Below, in pieces: positions 59,500 through 64,000 of a stretch of 64,000 nucleotides of DNA; position 1 is the first letter of the stretch, and each line of letters begins with the position of its first letter. Location: positions 1-64,000 of the forward strand of contig JAUCBJ010000998.1 in NCBI GenBank assembly GCA_032718475.1. The letters are read 5' to 3'. Source of the DNA: Nemertoderma westbladi. Lineage: Eukaryota; Animalia; Xenacoelomorpha. The translations under genes were made by a program, and so were the position numbers. The notes beneath the pieces were generated by a model. That model was not told the origin of the DNA. It worked only from the letters and a program-made list of their open reading frames with translations, and did not search any database.

Positions 59500-60589
59500 C
59501 TTGAAGAAAATATAATATTATGTATAACAATAAATGTATTATAACTTTAAATAAAAAGTAAAATGGTCAATAATATTTTTGTAAGTAAAGTTTAAAGCGT
59601 TGGATGGGGGTTTATAAGGGAAAGGGTAACCAATGAAAATAAAAGTGAAGCTTGTGGGAACCAATAGAAATAAAAAAGAGAGAGAGAGATGCGCTATTGG
59701 ATTGAGGGAATAATAAACACATTTCATTGGGTTAATTAAAAGTAAAACATTAGTTAGGATGGGAAATGGGGTGAATTGAGAAGCGGGGGGTACGCTGGAG
59801 AAAAGTGCATGTAATGAATGAGCTGCTGCTGTGGGCTATGGGTATGTTAATTAATGTTATACTAGAGCATCTGAAATTACTTCAAACAAAAAACAGCAGT
59901 ATCTACTGTAGATATGGTTGGGAATTAATTTGACACATGGCGTTTGGGCACTGGCTTTGTTGTTGAGCTAATATGCGCGTGGACTGCTTCGCAACACAAT
60001 GCGAAAGAATGCAATCTATTGCAAGATCAGATGTTTATTATAATTTCTCGGACGAATTGATGTAATAACGAAGCTATAGGTTTGAATAATTTAAACTCTG
60101 TGGCAGGCCCCATTCACGCGTTGACGTACAGTATAGGATTCAAGGGGATTAATCTTGCTATGGCTAATAAGAGCCCAACGACCGCAGATTATTGAGGGGT
60201 TGAGCTAGGACCAAGCTGGCCCACTTTATTTTCGTGTGAGGGTAATTTATGTTTTGGGCCCCGCTCGCATGTTTATATTTAATTCTACCTTTACCTACTG
60301 TATGACAAAAATAATACAAATGTACTGTATATTGTATTGTATGGTTCCTATTGTATTGTATATTTCATTTGCTGTAGTACAATTTATTCATTGCGCATCC
60401 CTATCTGATTGATTTGTATCAAATTAAATTGCCTTTGGCAACATTATTTGATACAAATCGATTGATTAAACAATTAATTAATTGTTTAATCGACCAATTA
60501 ATTAATTGTTTAATTAATTAATGACCTACTTAACACCCAAGGTGCGAAGTTGGTCTAACTGTCGCCGAAATGGGCAAACCATTACTACT
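59498..60589 (-). repeat. Maverick right TIR
   Basis: As above. Confidence 0.96.
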
Positions 60590-60770
60590 TACGTGGGTGG
60601 CTACTACATATTATAGTTAAGCATTAGTGGGATTAATGTATAATTCGAAATCAATAGAACCCTGCCTATTAACACTTGTAAGGACATCCAGAAACGGAAG
60701 GCTAGAGTAGGACTTTTCTAGTGTATATTTAATGGTGGGATGGCAACTATTCAAATATTCTAAAAATAGC
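60590..60770 (-). mobile_element. Penelope-like element 2, RT-proximal fragment
   Basis: SLPFLDV at about 60680-60705; LNY..HP leading into the Maverick TSD. Confidence 0.65.
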
Positions 60771-60861
60771 ACCAGTTCGTCCTCCCCATGCGGCCATATC
60801 GCCCATCCATCATCATAAAATCTAAACCAACATTTAACAGACTAATGGTAGTTCCTAAATT

Positions 60862-61560
60862 TTGACAGTTAACTTTGAAAGTCCTCAGCAAGTCTCTGAC
60901 CGGATGAGCATAAGCTCAAAGGATGGTATGCTTGAGCATGTGGACGACCTCTGTGACCTGCGATCATGGATCCGGAAGTCAGGTGAGGACCTTCGTATAC
61001 GTAAGGGAAAGGCATGGGCAGCCTTGAATACGCTTTCCAGGATTTTGAAGTCACAGAGAATTAATCGGAAACATAAGGTCCGATTATTTAGAGCAGCAGT
61101 AGTTCCAGTACTCCTCTACGGGAGTCCAAGCTGGGCTCTAACTGCTGAGGACACCAAATCACTGGATGTCACATTCACAAGAATGCTACGCCGGGTTCAT
61201 TGCGTCAAGTACAATGCACATATCTCCAACCAGACACTATATAACATTGGAGGTGTCTCATTGGTTCCCCCAAGCTTGACACTAGAACAAAGTCGACTCC
61301 GCTTTGCAGGACATTGCTTTCGCCGTGAGGACCAGCCAGTGCATAATCTTGTACTTTAGCAGCCTCATGGAGTGAATAAGCATGGTGGACAGCCCATGAC
61401 TTTCTTGAGACGCATCTTAGAGGACACTGGCTTTGAAGATGCGGATGATCTAGCAAATGTCATGGGTGATAGGGAGTTGTGGCGGAGCAATTTTGTCGAC
61501 AAGCCGGCACAGCATTCTTAAAAATGTATCTGCTACGTAGTATGCCTATCCTAGTAGTAG
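60862..61560 (+). mobile_element. RTE-like LINE 3' fragment
   Basis: RKGKAW.A...KVRLF.A.V.PVLLYG..SW...RLRFAGH..R; (TAG)n tail at about 61552. Confidence 0.8.
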
Positions 61561-62284
61561 TTCCATTAGATTCAAGATGGAAAAATCTGTGCGAAATGAC
61601 AATATCTGCTAGGAGATTTGGTCCTTGGGGGTCAAAATGTTAAGCAATTATGTTGGATTTTGCCCCGCGCGGATCTCCCGTAATAAATAAAATCCAACAA
61701 CGGAATTGTCAAAAACGTAATTCTCATCCGCGGGTCGGCGACAAGGTAATTTATTCGTCATAAATTCACCGAAAATACTTCCAATAGATGGATATTACGT
61801 TGTTAAAACGATGGCCGTTGGGGACCATCGTAACTAAAATACATAGATAATTGGTTCCATGATAGATAAATTGGCGCCAACTAATCTAGCGAGGTATTGT
61901 TAAACAACCTCTGTTACGATTTTCTACAGTGACGAGGCCGCAAACCTTTCATTGTAAAGTTCCAGTATTCCCCGAATCAAACTCGCAGAGTTACCCATCG
62001 ATATTGGTAGGGATAGAGGCCCAAATGTTCTTAGTAGCTACCGGTGCATCTGTTACATCTATTGTATTTGGATCTAATTTAGGTACCCAATTATATTCCT
62101 ACGTTCACTCCTAAGGCGCTCCACTCCCCTAAGCACTGTAGCTGCTACATTCGGTATTACAGTCAGCCAAACCCAGAAAGTATTAAAGGCCACAACTGGT
62201 GAGGTTTGTGTCATTAAATTGAATTATATTGGTAATATTTAGACTGTCACATTTATACATCAGTTAGTCCGAATTGTATTAAAT

Positions 62285-64000
62285 ATGTCTTCGAATACTT
62301 TGAGTGACGCTGCCTGGGATTTACTGGATCGTATCATGGCAGATGAAAGTGATTCTCAGTACGGTGATGAGGAACAAGAGAACATCGTCGCTCCACCAAC
62401 TGTTAATAACGAAATCGGCAACACAAGCAGCGGTATAAACGTTATCAGTTTTAAATCAGAAGCGGGAGCTATTTGCGGTACTTCTGAAGATAAATCTCGA
62501 AAGATCAAACAAGAGTTCTGTACAGATGAACAATATTATACTAATAATCAAATCGGTAACACAAGCAGCGGTATAAACGTTATCAGTTTTAAATCAGAAA
62601 CGGGAGATAGTTGTGGTACTTCCGAAGATAAATCTCGAAAAATCAAACAAGAGTTCTGTACAGATGAACAATATTCTAATAATCAAATCGGCAACACAAA
62701 CAGCGGTATAAACGTTATCAGTTTTAAATCAGAATCGGAATCTATTTGCGGTACTTCCGAAGATAAATCTCGAGTTGTAAGACAAGATTTCTGTATTGGG
62801 AAACCATCTCCTTGTGAAGTTATTGCTAAGTCCGTTCTCAAGTGTAAGCAAATTAATCGCAAAGTAAATTTAAAGAATCGTAAACAATCATTGCATAAAG
62901 GTATCAAGTATAATTGTGGGTCATGTGACAAGCCATTTAGAAACAAACGGAGTATAAAGAGACACGTGGAATCAATTCACAAACGTATCAAGTATAAATG
63001 CGTTTATTGCGATAAATTGTTCACATGGAAAGGAAATCTAAAGAAACACATGGAATCAGTACATAAATGTATCAAGTATAATTGCGGTTCTTGTGACAAA
63101 CAATTTAGTGGCAATGGATATCTAAAGATACACACGGAATCAGTTCATAAAGGCATCAAGTATAATTGCGTTTCCTGTGACAAACAATTTACTAGAAAAG
63201 GAAATCTAAAGATACACATAGAATCAGTACATAAAGGCATTAAGTATAAATGCGGTTCTTGTGAAAAACAATTTAGTGACAAAGCATATCTGAAAATACA
63301 CATAGAATCAGTACATAAAGGCATCAAGTATAATTGCGGTTCTTGTGACAAACAATTCATTGGGAAACAGAGTCTGAAGAAACACATGGAATCAGTACAT
63401 AAAGGCATCAAGTATAATTGCGGTTCCTGTGACAAACAATTTACTAGAAAAGTACATCTAAAGACTCACACGGAATCAGTACATAAAGGCATCAAGTATA
63501 ATTGCGGTTCTTGTGAAAAACAATTTAGTTACAAAGGAGTTCTAAAGAAACACATGGAATCAGTTCATAAAGGCATCAAGTATAATTGCGGTTCTTGTGA
63601 AAAACAATTTAGTGACAAAGCATATCTGAAAATACACATAGAATCAGTACATAAAGGCATCATGTATAATTGCGGTTCTTGTGAAAAACAATTTAATGAC
63701 AAAGGATATCTGAAGAAACACACGGAATCAGTACATAAAGGTATCAAGTATAATTGCGGTTCCTGTGACAAACAATTTAATGACAAAGGACATCTAAAGA
63801 CTCACACGGAATCAGTACATAAAGGCATCAAGTATAATTGCGGTTCTTGTGAAAAGCAATTTAGTGTTAAGAGTAATCTAAAGATACACACGGAATCAGT
63901 TCATAAAGGCATCAAGTATAATTGCGGTTCCTGTGACAAACAATTTACTAGCAAAAGAAATCTAAAGAGACACATGGAATCAGTTCATAAAGGCATCAAG
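62285..64000 (+). CDS. Second tandem C2H2 zinc-finger protein (3' end outside window)
   Basis: Open from ATG 62285 (MSSNTLSDAAWDLLDRIM...) through three N-terminal repeats of about 45 aa into 84-bp finger repeats from about 62890; absent from the ORF track because no stop is reached. Confidence 0.9.
   Translation, partial: MSSNTLSDAAWDLLDRIMADESDSQYGDEEQENIVAPPTVNNEIGNTSSGINVISFKSEAGAICGTSEDKSRKIKQEFCTDEQYYTNNQIGNTSSGINVISFKSETGDSCGTSEDKSRKIKQEFCTDEQYSNNQIGNTNSGINVISFKSESESICGTSEDKSRVVRQDFCIGKPSPCEVIAKSVLKCKQINRKVNLKNRKQSLHKGIKYNCGSCDKPFRNKRSIKRHVESIHKRIKYKCVYCDKLFTWKGNLKKHMESVHKCIKYNCGSCDKQFSGNGYLKIHTESVHKGIKYNCVSCDKQFTRKGNLKIHIESVHKGIKYKCGSCEKQFSDKAYLKIHIESVHKGIKYNCGSCDKQFIGKQSLKKHMESVHKGIKYNCGSCDKQFTRKVHLKTHTESVHKGIKYNCGSCEKQFSYKGVLKKHMESVHKGIKYNCGSCEKQFSDKAYLKIHIESVHKGIMYNCGSCEKQFNDKGYLKKHTESVHKGIKYNCGSCDKQFNDKGHLKTHTESVHKGIKYNCGSCEKQFSVKSNLKIHTESVHKGIKYNCGSCDKQFTSKRNLKRHMESVHKGIK
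62405..62795 (+). repeat. Three in-frame 135-138-bp repeats in the ZNF N-terminus
   Basis: AATAA(C/T)(G/C)AAATCGG...GGTATAAACGTTATCAGTTTTAAATCAGAA at 62405, 62543 and 62678. Confidence 0.9.

Larger units (their letters stand above)
44530..60589 (+). mobile_element. Full-length Maverick/Polinton (16,060 bp)
   Basis: AGTAGT...ACTACT termini, 6-bp TSD TACGTG (44524-44529 and 60590-60595), about 1.1-kb TIRs, pPolB, ATPase, integrase, capsid genes, protease. Confidence 0.98.

Overview
Eukaryotic (probably invertebrate animal) genomic DNA. Two paralogous intronless tandem C2H2 zinc-finger genes sit at the window ends, separated by about 60 kb of nested mobile DNA. The mobile DNA includes: a decayed CR1/L2-type LINE; a Penelope-like element split by a young Ty3/Gypsy LTR element (9926-15903, 5-bp TSD) whose RT/RNase H is replaced in frame by a 12-bp tandem repeat; TA-flanked non-autonomous DNA transposons; a CRE-like LINE fragment; a 16.6-kb BEL/Pao LTR element (22107-38664) with a nested piggyBac derivative and an extra 3' zinc-knuckle ORF; a related solo LTR; a second Penelope-like element split by a hAT-like foldback and by a complete 16-kb Maverick/Polinton (44530-60589, 6-bp TSD, about 1.1-kb TIRs); and an RTE fragment. 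Most notable: (1) the Maverick encodes a TATA-binding-protein-like ORF right after pPolB and a probable PC4-fold protein whose start codon coincides with the TIR end, suggesting an element-encoded transcription module; (2) a structured RNA-like element of about 157 nt is shared by the unrelated Gypsy and BEL elements, upstream of an ORF in each; (3) the RT-less Gag-PR-(SDIT)n-IN Gypsy polyprotein. All family calls come from motif recognition by eye; no database searches were run.
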